Virus record (IMG/VR): IMGVR_UViG_3300010885_076238
Span: 1-64,000 of that record
DNA length: 64,000 nucleotides
Strand: one strand, 5' to 3'
The stretch's first letter is position 1. Each line of letters begins with the position of its first letter. Shown one piece after another: positions 39,258 to 47,867 of the stretch. Under the pieces are notes generated by a model. That model saw only the letters and a list, made by a program, of their open reading frames with translations. It had not been told where the DNA came from and did no database searches. The translations under genes were made by a program, and so were the position numbers.

Positions 39258-40197
39258 ATTTTTCTACCAAAAAATTAGAAGTATAAAACGCCTCTTTTAA
39301 ATGAAGTACATTTGAAAATTCATGCCAATTCATCTGTACTTTACACTTAGACTTATCTACTCCTTGTGAAAGCCTTATAGAATAATGTCCTGGCTCTTTA
39401 AGTTCAAGCTTTATGGTTTCTCTTTCATAATGGCACCAAACATCCCATATTGGGTATTTACTTAAAATTTTTCCATCCTTATAAATTTCCACACAATCAG
39501 AGTAGGGACCAATAGTTTGAAAAATGCCTATTAATTCGTCTTCAACATAAATATCAATAAAATTTTTAACACTTATGTTTAATTCTTTTATTAGTATTTC
39601 TGTATATTTATTTTTTAATGGACAGACTATGTTGTAATTCGAGTGCAATGGCTCATCAGGGTGGTTGAATACGTTGTGCTCTAGGTGTTGGAATATTTTT
39701 GAGGAATAATAATTTCCTCCAAATTCTGTGGTATGAACATAGTCCTTAATTATTTGACTAATCTCTATTTTATCTTCTAAAAATTCTTCATAAACATTTA
39801 TGCAATGAATATTGTGTTCAGAAGAATATTTTTTAACGTCATCATACATCTCAAGTCTTGAGTTTAGCATTTCACTTATTGGGAAAAGCAAAAAAATTGG
39901 AGTTATATTGTTTTTTAAAAGTTTAAAAGTTATACAATCAAGATATTCAAAAATTTTCTTATCATAATTAGTTCTAGAAGTTGAAAACCAATCAATTAAA
40001 CATATTTCTGGTTTGTATTCTATTACTTCTTCTATAAAGCAAATTCCCGCATCCGATAAATGCATAGATCCATAGCCGAACTTCCTATACTCTGCTTGCA
40101 CCATTGACATGAGCGAATCTGCGTATGAGTTATTTTGCTTCGTAACAGATGCTCCGAAGAAAGCTATTTTATTGTATGTTATTTTCATATATTTCAA
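39250..40197 (-). CDS. SGNH/GDSL hydrolase-like protein
   Basis: FFGASVT block I, DYVHTT DxxH. Confidence 0.7.
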   Translation of the reverse strand: MKYMKITYNKIAFFGASVTKQNNSYADSLMSMVQAEYRKFGYGSMHLSDAGICFIEEVIEYKPEICLIDWFSTSRTNYDKKIFEYLDCITFKLLKNNITPIFLLFPISEMLNSRLEMYDDVKKYSSEHNIHCINVYEEFLEDKIEISQIIKDYVHTTEFGGNYYSSKIFQHLEHNVFNHPDEPLHSNYNIVCPLKNKYTEILIKELNISVKNFIDIYVEDELIGIFQTIGPYSDCVEIYKDGKILSKYPIWDVWCHYERETIKLELKEPGHYSIRLSQGVDKSKCKVQMNWHEFSNVLHLKEAFYTSNFLVEKYE

Positions 40198-40375
40198 TCA
40201 ATGCTAGTATTATCTCGTTTTCTTGCAAGTAGTATGACTCTTTATCATATGGATCTTTGATTAGTTCAAAAAAATATGGATTTTTACTTAATTGTATTTG
40301 AGTCTCAAGTATAAAAAAATCTTTATCTTCAAATAACTTTTTCTTATATTCTTCAATATTCATTATCTTCTTCAT
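40169..40375 (-). CDS. Hypothetical protein
   Basis: ORF within a tight minus-strand operon. Confidence 0.55.
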   Translation of the reverse strand: MKKIMNIEEYKKKLFEDKDFFILETQIQLSKNPYFFELIKDPYDKESYYLQENEIILALIEIYENNIQ

Positions 40376-40541
40376 CCTTTATTTGATAAAAATAATCATT
40401 ATAGTCTAGATTGTTATCATAGTCTTTTTTTTTGGCATCATCTATGTAATTCTTCGCTTCATCTAAAGATAGAAAATTTTTGCGATAAATTTCTTTAAAT
40501 ATATCTGCGTATCCCTCGTATTTGATTACTAAAAATTTCAT
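40353..40541 (-). CDS. Hypothetical protein
   Basis: ORF within a tight minus-strand operon. Confidence 0.5.
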   Translation of the reverse strand: MKFLVIKYEGYADIFKEIYRKNFLSLDEAKNYIDDAKKKDYDNNLDYNDYFYQIKDEEDNEY

Positions 40542-41232
40542 AAAATTCTTTCTTGAAAAAATCTAAACTCATTTCGAAACTATTGTTTTTTATTTCTTTA
40601 CCACTGTGTTTATTATTGATTAATAAATGATATTTTCCCTCACAGAATTTAGATATTTTTTTGTAACAATTAGAATTAAACCCATTATTTAATTCTAATA
40701 TTTTTGTTTTTTTACTGCAAAAAATAATATTGGTTAGCCCTGCTCCGTGAGAAGCGACAACACAATCGGCATTATACATAATGTTTGCTTGTTGTTCTAC
40801 TGAATAATTTTCTAAAAATATTTCTACGAAATCTTGTTGGGCCAAAAAGTCTAATATTTCTTTAGAAATATATCTATTGTTCCTTTTTATTATAATTTTT
40901 TTATGACTATTTTCTATATTTGATCTTATTTGCTTTAAATAACAAGCCAATTCTTCATTAATGCTATTTTTTATTTCTTCGTATTTAAAGGCGACTTTAT
41001 CAGATGGATCAAAAGAACTTAATACATTTATTGTTTTTTCTTTATATAATTCTTTTAAAATTTTTTCGATCAATAAAATTTGATCATTTGGCAGATCAAA
41101 AAATAAATCAAAAGAATTAAAGTTTTTGTATATTTCGTGAATAATTGGTAAAAAATCAATTATTGCATGATGATAATTTGATACTTGTTTTGAATCTAAA
41201 AATATGAACTTTTTTGATGATTTGCTACTCAT
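40495..41232 (-). CDS. GT61 (DUF563-like) glycosyltransferase
   Basis: NYHH, IKRNNR, EQQA..M, VASHGAGLTN. Confidence 0.85.
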   Translation of the reverse strand: MSSKSSKKFIFLDSKQVSNYHHAIIDFLPIIHEIYKNFNSFDLFFDLPNDQILLIEKILKELYKEKTINVLSSFDPSDKVAFKYEEIKNSINEELACYLKQIRSNIENSHKKIIIKRNNRYISKEILDFLAQQDFVEIFLENYSVEQQANIMYNADCVVASHGAGLTNIIFCSKKTKILELNNGFNSNCYKKISKFCEGKYHLLINNKHSGKEIKNNSFEMSLDFFKKEFYEIFSNQIRGIRRYI

Positions 41233-42238
41233 AAATGTATTCTATATATTTATCAATCATGTATTCGAAAACTTTGTACATAAAGTTTTCACTTAAATAC
41301 TCTGAGGCGAACAAATTTGCTTGATTCTTTATTTCTAAGCATTTGTCATCATTTTTAATACACCATGAAATCTGCTCATGCAGGTCTGATAAATCTTCTT
41401 TTATTGGCAAGTAATGAATATATGGTTTCAGTAAAGGCTGGAACCATTCTAAAACTTCTGCGGAGTGTATTACTGTTACGCTGTTCATAAACAACAATAT
41501 TCTTAATCTTTCTGCCCAATCTATATTATTACCGATATTCAATATGAATTTGTATTGTTGCTGATCAGACATTGGCATAAAATCAGACAAAGGAATTTCC
41601 GGTTCGTATGACTTGGTGAATCCTATGTCGAATAACGGATCGTTGTGAAAATTTTTGTATAAAAAACCTCTGGTAGTATCCGACCAGCACGATGATTTTT
41701 CTACACCAACTTTTGCTATTTTCCAAGTTTTTTTGGATAGTTGTCCTCGAAAAACAGCTTTGTTAATCTTGGCATCCCAGGGATATAAACTTTGTTTTTT
41801 TACAATAGTTTTATCGATATAATCATCCCATCCAATAATTGGTGTGCCACAACTTCGCTCTATTCCTCGATCATTTCCCATAGGTATGGGAATATTGTAC
41901 ACAGCTTTTTTAGATTCTCTTGTGATTGAGAAACAAGGTATATTTAGTGGTCTGCCGTCGTTTAATACAAATAAAGCAGTAAAGTTTTTACTAGGATTAT
42001 TAAAAATATATTTATTTAAAAAATAATTTAGGTGCTTGAATCTCGCGTGCTTATCTGTGTCTCCGATACATAATAATTCTCCTCCCGAAATTTTTATTAA
42101 ACAAGAAACATCTGAGATGTGTGTTGAATTTTGAAAAGACTCTAGAAGTTTATTGTGCGAAATCTTACACCCAGCGGAAATCAATGAATTAAAATAGGCA
42201 TCTAATGTTTCTTTTGTCGCCTTATCTATTGTGTGCAA
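41225..42238 (-). CDS. GT90 (CAP10/POGLUT-like) glycosyltransferase
   Basis: AVFRGQ, QYKFILNI, WAERL, EWFQPLLKPYIHYLPIKEDLSDL. Confidence 0.85.
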   Translation of the reverse strand: MHTIDKATKETLDAYFNSLISAGCKISHNKLLESFQNSTHISDVSCLIKISGGELLCIGDTDKHARFKHLNYFLNKYIFNNPSKNFTALFVLNDGRPLNIPCFSITRESKKAVYNIPIPMGNDRGIERSCGTPIIGWDDYIDKTIVKKQSLYPWDAKINKAVFRGQLSKKTWKIAKVGVEKSSCWSDTTRGFLYKNFHNDPLFDIGFTKSYEPEIPLSDFMPMSDQQQYKFILNIGNNIDWAERLRILLFMNSVTVIHSAEVLEWFQPLLKPYIHYLPIKEDLSDLHEQISWCIKNDDKCLEIKNQANLFASEYLSENFMYKVFEYMIDKYIEYIYE

Positions 42239-42754
42239 CTAATCTATTTCTCCAAGTATTATTTCAGGGTATTTTTCACTTATTATTTCTTGGACTTGAA
42301 TGTTATTTATTTCTTCAAACTTCTTTGTAATGGCATTCAAGATATAGTCATCTTTTTCTTCTGCTGACATTGTGTTTAATACTTGGATGGCATATTTATT
42401 TATAAAATAATTCCTGTTGTGATCAACTACATATCCATCCATATTTTTAATCTCTTCTTCTACAACGTATTTGTCTAATTCTCGTAGATCTATTTCTTCA
42501 TCTCTTCCTCGGAGTTGATTATTTTTTTTTATTTTTTCTGTTTTTAATTTTTCAAACTCTTCTCTACACCCACAGAGTCCAAGGTTTTTACCAAAAAAAA
42601 TATAGTGATAAAACAATCTTTGTCGCTCTGTTATGCTATTTTCCCGGCAGTATGGTTGGTAAAAACTTTTTACATCACCAGTTTGCGTTATATAAAATTC
42701 ATCATCAAAATTTTTTTCTATAAGATTTTTTTCGTAAAACTCAATGATTTCCAT
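42239..42754 (-). CDS. Hypothetical protein
   Basis: Heads the minus-strand operon. Confidence 0.6.
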   Translation of the reverse strand: MEIIEFYEKNLIEKNFDDEFYITQTGDVKSFYQPYCRENSITERQRLFYHYIFFGKNLGLCGCREEFEKLKTEKIKKNNQLRGRDEEIDLRELDKYVVEEEIKNMDGYVVDHNRNYFINKYAIQVLNTMSAEEKDDYILNAITKKFEEINNIQVQEIISEKYPEIILGEID

Positions 42755-42833
42755 GTTTTAAACACATCCTTTTTTTGTAAATTATAACGACATCCGCCTC
42801 CGTAAGATTATAATAGCACAAACAACTATATTT

Positions 42834-43505
42834 TTGAAAAAAACATTCATATCATCTCTATTATTCAATATGTCTTTAGATTTTTATACTTCTTTTTCAA
42901 AAAATTATGGCGATCAATATAAAACTTGGCTTTCATTTGCAAATGAAATTTTTGCGATTCAAGCACAAGAAGAAACCAGTCCAAATGATGCAGAGACAAT
43001 ATGCAATAAAGCCAATTTAGTTGATAATAAAAATCTCCATAAAATTAACGATATAACAAAAATTGCCAGAAACAACTCTGGCAATTTTTGTTTAACTAAT
43101 TGTGATATTGAATTAGTAGGCGATCATTTTATTTGGGATGAAATTTTAAAAAAAGAAGGTCTGATAATTGGCCAGAGATATAATTATAAAAAAAAATACG
43201 AACATATAGGTCAGAACTTTGGTGGAATAGATTTTTTTATATTTAATAGGCAATTTGAAATTGAAGAATCAAATTTTGCCATGGGATCTTGTTGTTGGGA
43301 TTGGTGGATTGTTTATTTAGCTATGATTCAAAGTGTTCCGATATACAAAATAAATATTCCTTTTGTATATCATGAAATCCATGATCGAAGATGGTCTGAT
43401 GATCAATGGATGAATCAAATGAAGATTTTTGAAAGCATGTATGGAATAAAACAAGACAGAGAATTTAAAATAAAATTATTAAATTATGCAATTGATATTT
43501 TTTAA
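42834..43505 (+). CDS. Hypothetical, glycosyltransferase-like protein
   Basis: LTNCDI, GIDFFIF, GSCCWDWW, HEIH. Confidence 0.55.
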   Translation: MKKTFISSLLFNMSLDFYTSFSKNYGDQYKTWLSFANEIFAIQAQEETSPNDAETICNKANLVDNKNLHKINDITKIARNNSGNFCLTNCDIELVGDHFIWDEILKKEGLIIGQRYNYKKKYEHIGQNFGGIDFFIFNRQFEIEESNFAMGSCCWDWWIVYLAMIQSVPIYKINIPFVYHEIHDRRWSDDQWMNQMKIFESMYGIKQDREFKIKLLNYAIDIF

Positions 43506-43507
43506 TT

Positions 43508-43705
43508 TTATTGTTCTGCTGCTACTGTTTTTTGTTGAATCTTTTCATCAAGTTCTGATCTTAGTATTACAACATCTTTTTCAGCTTCGACTCCTATTCT
43601 AACCTTGTTCATGTTGTCGATCCTTACAACAGTTAGACGGATGTCCTCTCTTCCAGGTATTCTTACAATAATTGTCTCGTCTTTCTTTCGGCTTAAAACT
43701 AGCAT
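43508..43705 (-). CDS. csrA: Carbon storage regulator CsrA (copy 2, divergent)
   Basis: MLVLSRKKDETI...KVRIGVEAEKDVVILRSEL; AAAGGAG SD. Confidence 0.9.
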   Translation of the reverse strand: MLVLSRKKDETIIVRIPGREDIRLTVVRIDNMNKVRIGVEAEKDVVILRSELDEKIQQKTVAAEQ

Positions 43706-43775
43706 TTTTGTCTCCTTTCTTTTTCCTTGCTAATAGTAGTATAGTATTCTTATCAAAAAAAATTTTCACCAAAAA

Positions 43776-43812
43776 ATAAATTAATAATAATTTTTTTTTA
43801 TTATTAATTTAT
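43776..43812. repeat. Perfect 15-bp all-AT inverted repeat
   Basis: ATAAATTAATAATAA-T7-TTATTATTAATTTAT. Confidence 0.85.
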
Positions 43813-43895
43813 GGTCTAGAAAAAAAATTATCGACGTAAGTCTTTGATTACAAGGTCTTTGCGACGTTTATTCTAGGAAAATCTGAAAAAGTTTT

Positions 43896-43923
43896 TTGAC
43901 ATTCGAACCCTGTTACGTATAGT
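43896..43923 (+). promoter_or_regulatory. Sigma70-like promoter, 16-bp spacer
   Basis: TTGACA-N16-TATAGT. Confidence 0.7.
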
Positions 43924-43937
43924 TGAATAGGAAACAA

Positions 43938-43989
43938 CGAGTGGTTGAAACAAAGGCTCATCAACCGGTCGCTATAAAACATCGAGCCT
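43938..43989 (+). promoter_or_regulatory. 5'-UTR H-type pseudoknot candidate
   Basis: Stem1 CGAGTGGTTGA/TCAACCGGTCG; loop AGGCTC pairs with downstream GAGCCT. Confidence 0.5.
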
Positions 43990-44013
43990 AAAATTGGAAA
44001 CGGGAGTTGTGTA

Positions 44014-44703
44014 ATGACTACTAAGCAGTTCGAAAGGACGATTGCTCGGATTAAGGATTTTCATTCTAAGGCTGAAAACCTCATCAATGAGATTTTCACT
44101 TCGCACAAGGTCGAAGAAAAGACGGTTGCTAAGAAAGAGGCAAAGGCCTCTAGAAAGGCCGATAAGACCACCAAGGTCAAGACGGGAGCAGAAAAGCCTC
44201 GTTCTGGTCGAGATGGCGGTCCTAATCGTTCGGAGCTTATCCGTGCTTATTTCAAGAAGTACGGCTCTAACGCTCGTCCTAGAGATGTTATTGAAGCTCT
44301 CAAGAAAGAGGGCATAGAGGTTGCCCCTGCTTTGGTTTCTATTGTGAAGAATAAGCTTAACGGCGGAGCAACGGTTACTCCTAAAGTGGATAAAACCGTT
44401 GTGAAGAAAGCTGAAAGAGTCGCCAAGAGCGGCGATCCCCTTCCGGCAGTTGTTCAGTCTGTTCTTGGGAAAAATAAGGATGGACTTAAGTTGGCGGATT
44501 TGACCAATAGGGTTGAAGAGGCTGGCTATAATTATAGCGGTAAGAAAGGTCGCGATGGATTGAAGCAGAATGTCTATCAGTGTCTTTACAGTCTCTCGAA
44601 AGAGAAACACCACCCTGGTTATGAAGGTACTGATCCGGTCGTTCTTCACGACGAAACTAGCAAAAGGTACATGCTGAATCCTAATGCTAAACGTACCGCT
44701 TGA
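44014..44703 (+). CDS. Lys-rich putative nucleoid-associated DNA-binding protein (planctomycete-type HTH plus C-terminal winged helix)
   Basis: NRSELIRAYF...PRDVIEALKKEGIEV.PALVS.VK; C-terminal VQSVL...GLKLADLT..VEEAGY. Confidence 0.7.
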   Translation: MTTKQFERTIARIKDFHSKAENLINEIFTSHKVEEKTVAKKEAKASRKADKTTKVKTGAEKPRSGRDGGPNRSELIRAYFKKYGSNARPRDVIEALKKEGIEVAPALVSIVKNKLNGGATVTPKVDKTVVKKAERVAKSGDPLPAVVQSVLGKNKDGLKLADLTNRVEEAGYNYSGKKGRDGLKQNVYQCLYSLSKEKHHPGYEGTDPVVLHDETSKRYMLNPNAKRTA

Positions 44704-44713
44704 TTTTTAGATC

Positions 44714-44752
44714 AAAAAATCCCACCCTCTGAAAAAGGGGGTGGGATTTTTT
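44714..44752. terminator. Bidirectional intrinsic terminator
   Basis: A6-TCCCACCCTCT/AGGGGGTGGGA-T6 between convergent genes. Confidence 0.85.
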
Positions 44753-44762
44753 ATTTAATTAA

Positions 44763-44945
44763 CTACCAAGGCATATCTTTTAATAATTCAATTATCCGGC
44801 GAGCTAAAGCTGCTCCACCAACAATGCGTCCATCACAATAATCCTCGCCATAACCAACTTTAGATTCATGCTTCTTTTGCTCTTCTATCTTCTCATTGCA
44901 TAATTTTATTATTTTAGAGATCTTCTCTTTTTGTTTAATATTCAT
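44763..44945 (-). CDS. Hypothetical protein
   Basis: GGAGG SD, 60 aa. Confidence 0.65.
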   Translation of the reverse strand: MNIKQKEKISKIIKLCNEKIEEQKKHESKVGYGEDYCDGRIVGGAALARRIIELLKDMPW

Positions 44946-45012
44946 AAAACCTCCAACAAATAAACCGCAAAAATAAATAATAATAACGAGTTAATTATAT
45001 TTTATTTTACAC

Positions 45013-45040
45013 TTTACTTTTCAATCGTTTATTCTATAAT
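45013..45040 (+). promoter_or_regulatory. Sigma70-like promoter, 16-bp spacer
   Basis: TTTACT-N16-TATAAT. Confidence 0.65.
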
Positions 45041-45106
45041 GTTGAGCGTTCGAAGAAGTTTGCAGAATTTTTGCAAATGGATTTCTCTAAAAGAAAGGGA
45101 TTGACT

Positions 45107-45622
45107 ATGACTAGGTTTGTTATGTTTTCGGCTATGTTTGTTTTTTCTATGGTTGTGAATGCTGCTGAGAATGGCGTTCCCACCTTAGCAAATGACACGC
45201 AGAGCGTTTTAAAGACTCCTGCTCAGGAAACCGTTCCTGCTCAGGAAACTACTACTACGTCTGCCGCTGCTGTGCAGGAGCAGATTTCCTCGACTCTTCT
45301 TGTTGTGGATTCCGCACCTGTCTGCAATGGCCCTAATTGTGTTAAGTATAAGCACAAGGGTAGAATTGCTCCTTGTGCTGTGCCGACCTCTGTTGGGGTC
45401 TGTATGACAGAAACGGGTTGTGATGCTTGTTGCCAGAAGGTAACTACCAGAACTCCTGTTTCTGTTGAAATTTGTGCTCCTCCTTGCCCCTCTAAGCAGG
45501 AAGTAAGGAAGAACAAGGACGGCAGTAGAGTTGTCTATGATTATGGCCGATATGAGGCTGTGGTCACTGGCAAGGATGGCGTTGTTGAAGTTAAGTATCG
45601 CAAGAGACTCTTCAATCGCTAA
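45107..45622 (+). CDS. Secreted Cys-rich protein of planctomycete type
   Basis: Signal peptide (VVNA/AE); CVKYK..IAPCAVP...EICAPPC...DGSRVVYDYGRY; PAQET tandem duplication. Confidence 0.75.
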   Translation: MTRFVMFSAMFVFSMVVNAAENGVPTLANDTQSVLKTPAQETVPAQETTTTSAAAVQEQISSTLLVVDSAPVCNGPNCVKYKHKGRIAPCAVPTSVGVCMTETGCDACCQKVTTRTPVSVEICAPPCPSKQEVRKNKDGSRVVYDYGRYEAVVTGKDGVVEVKYRKRLFNR

Positions 45623-45635
45623 TCTAATCTTAAAA

Positions 45636-46403
45636 TTAAAGCCCCGATGTCTTAACCGGCATCGGGGCTTTTTTATTTAATTTATAAAAATCCCAACCAG
45701 TATGATTTTCATTTCTATTAGATTCTAAAAAATGGTAGCCATTGCATTCTTTATATTTTGCATAAGCACAATCATAAATTAATATTTGATCTTCTGGTAT
45801 GACTATTGCCTCATTGTTCATTGTTAAAGCTGCGGTTATAATTCCTTGATCATCATTATGAGCAAGCTCTCTATCTTGTTTCCAATTTCCAATGCATAAA
45901 TTTTTTAATTTATCTTCAAAATCAAAGTTAGGTGGAATTCCAAATAATCCTCCATTTATTATGTATTTTTGATCTATAAAATGATCGTATTGTCCATAAT
46001 ATCTTTTTTGCACCTCTTTTCCATTAACTTTATGACGCTCGCCAGTAAATCCTGATAATATTATTGTTTTTTCTTTTTCTCGCAGAAACTCATCAATTTG
46101 TGGTATTTTATTTGTTATTATTAAGTCATTATCCAAGAAAATTTCATGTGTATTTGGGCTTAGTCTAGGAGGGCAAATTTTCCAAATTTCTTTTATTGGA
46201 GCGTACGGAAGACTATTTGTATATTTTTCTTGATCAATTAACTCTTCATTTATTTCTCTTAATATGTCTTTATTTTTTATTTGATTGTAACAAACAACAA
46301 TGTCGCAATCATAATTTTTTTTAAGTAAATTAATGGATTCTTTTAGTATTTCAAATCCTAAATTTGAAACAGGACCCAGAGTGTATCTAAATAATGGTTT
46401 CAT
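45636..46403 (-). CDS. GT-A glycosyltransferase-like protein
   Basis: IFLDNDLII, INGGLFG, DDQG. Confidence 0.6.
   Translation of the reverse strand: MKPLFRYTLGPVSNLGFEILKESINLLKKNYDCDIVVCYNQIKNKDILREINEELIDQEKYTNSLPYAPIKEIWKICPPRLSPNTHEIFLDNDLIITNKIPQIDEFLREKEKTIILSGFTGERHKVNGKEVQKRYYGQYDHFIDQKYIINGGLFGIPPNFDFEDKLKNLCIGNWKQDRELAHNDDQGIITAALTMNNEAIVIPEDQILIYDCAYAKYKECNGYHFLESNRNENHTGWDFYKLNKKAPMPVKTSGL
45638..45674 (+). terminator. Intrinsic terminator (possibly bidirectional)
   Basis: AAAGCCCCGATGTC/GGCATCGGGGCTTT plus T tract. Confidence 0.85.
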
Positions 46404-46430
46404 TACTAATTTAATTTAAAGGAGATTTTT

Positions 46431-47042
46431 ATGAGACTAGACCATCTTGCTTATAGAGTATCGGATAGGAGAAAAACCGCACAATTTTTTATTGATGCTT
46501 TTGGATATCAAATTCAAACTGAGTTTGATATAAACTTTGCTGAAGGAACATTATCAAAATGCATATCACTAGAACCGCCAGAAAAGCCAAAGGTGGAAAA
46601 TTTACATTGGCTCATCAGACAATATGTAGGTGATTTTTTGACTTCAAAATCTTCGAAAAAATCAAGTTCTTTTTCAAGTGATGAAATAGATGATACAAAA
46701 TTTGCAGAATTTCATCTTCCTCCAGAAATATTCATATCAGATGGAACTCCAGATTCTAGTGTTGGAAAATGGGTTGCAAGAAGAGATGGCGTTGGGGGTA
46801 TTCATCACATAGCATATCAAGTTGAAAGTGTTGAAAAAATAATGAAAGAATGGCAGGAAAAAGGATATGCCGAGTTTTCTTCAAGCAAACCGTTGACATG
46901 TCCTGGTTTAACACAAGTTTTTACAAAACCGAGTGCGTTGACAGGCGTTATTTATGAATTTATTGAACGTGGTGAGCATGGTTTCTGTACAGAAAATATA
47001 AAAGATTTAATGGAGAGTGCTAAAAATAATAATGAATTTTGA
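46431..47042 (+). CDS. VOC/glyoxalase-family protein
   Basis: LDHLAYRV, GIHHIAYQV, YEFIER. Confidence 0.85.
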   Translation: MRLDHLAYRVSDRRKTAQFFIDAFGYQIQTEFDINFAEGTLSKCISLEPPEKPKVENLHWLIRQYVGDFLTSKSSKKSSSFSSDEIDDTKFAEFHLPPEIFISDGTPDSSVGKWVARRDGVGGIHHIAYQVESVEKIMKEWQEKGYAEFSSSKPLTCPGLTQVFTKPSALTGVIYEFIERGEHGFCTENIKDLMESAKNNNEF

Positions 47043-47781
47043 AAAAATCAAAGAAGAATTATTATTGTCTGATAGTTCTGATGGAATAAACAAAGACATA
47101 TTAATTGTTGTTCATAATCAATATGATTATGTTAAAAATTGCATAGAATCAATTTACAAAAACACTAAAAACTTTAATTTATTTATTTGGGACAACGCCT
47201 CAGATAAAAATACAAAATTTTATTTACAAAAACTTAGTAATAAAAATAAAAATGTTAAGCTATACAGATCTGAAGAGAATATAGGATTTGTTATTCCTAA
47301 TAATAAAATGGCAAAGGAGACTACGTCGCCATACATTTTATTGCTGAACTCAGACACAGAAGTTCGACCATATTGGGATGGTGTTTTGATTGGATTTTTA
47401 GAAAATAATAAAGATGTGGCAGCCACTGGTTTTGAAGGTGGAATTGTTGATTCGATGGGAATGGGTGTTTCAAGAAATTATGGTTACGAAATAGATTATA
47501 TTTGTGGTTTTTGTTTATGTATTCCGCGTAAAATTTATGAAGATTTTGGCTTATTTGATGAAGAAAACATTAAATTTGCTTATTGTGAAGATTCTGATTT
47601 TTCATTTAGACTAAAAGAAAAAAATAAAAAAATATATGCTTGCTATTCTTCTGATCTTGTTTTTCACTATGGAAGCGTAACATCTAACTCTGTTGCACAA
47701 AAAATAAACTTAAAATATAATATTCAAAATAATTTAATTTATTTACAAAAAAGATGGGGCAAATATTTAATTAAAAATTAA
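47017..47781 (+). CDS. GT2 glycosyltransferase
   Basis: IVVHNQ, WDNAS, ENIGF, LLNSDTE, YCEDSD. Confidence 0.88.
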   Translation: MLKIIMNFEKIKEELLLSDSSDGINKDILIVVHNQYDYVKNCIESIYKNTKNFNLFIWDNASDKNTKFYLQKLSNKNKNVKLYRSEENIGFVIPNNKMAKETTSPYILLLNSDTEVRPYWDGVLIGFLENNKDVAATGFEGGIVDSMGMGVSRNYGYEIDYICGFCLCIPRKIYEDFGLFDEENIKFAYCEDSDFSFRLKEKNKKIYACYSSDLVFHYGSVTSNSVAQKINLKYNIQNNLIYLQKRWGKYLIKN

Positions 47782-47797
47782 ACGTTTCTTCTCATGG

Positions 47798-47826
47798 TTT
47801 ACTGGGTCGTCTCTTTGGGCTACAAT
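47798..47826 (+). promoter_or_regulatory. Sigma70-like promoter (17-bp spacer)
   Basis: TTTACT-N17-TACAAT upstream of clpX. Confidence 0.5.
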
Positions 47827-47867
47827 GTGCGTGTATATAAAATCATTGTTCCTAAGGAGTTGTATTT

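Noticed and set aside
43925-43990. c-di-GMP-II or SAM-II riboswitch
   Set aside because: It starts ATAGGAAAC and forms a pseudoknot, but lacks the GCAC/GTGCAACC core and the SAM-II consensus. Kept as unclassified.
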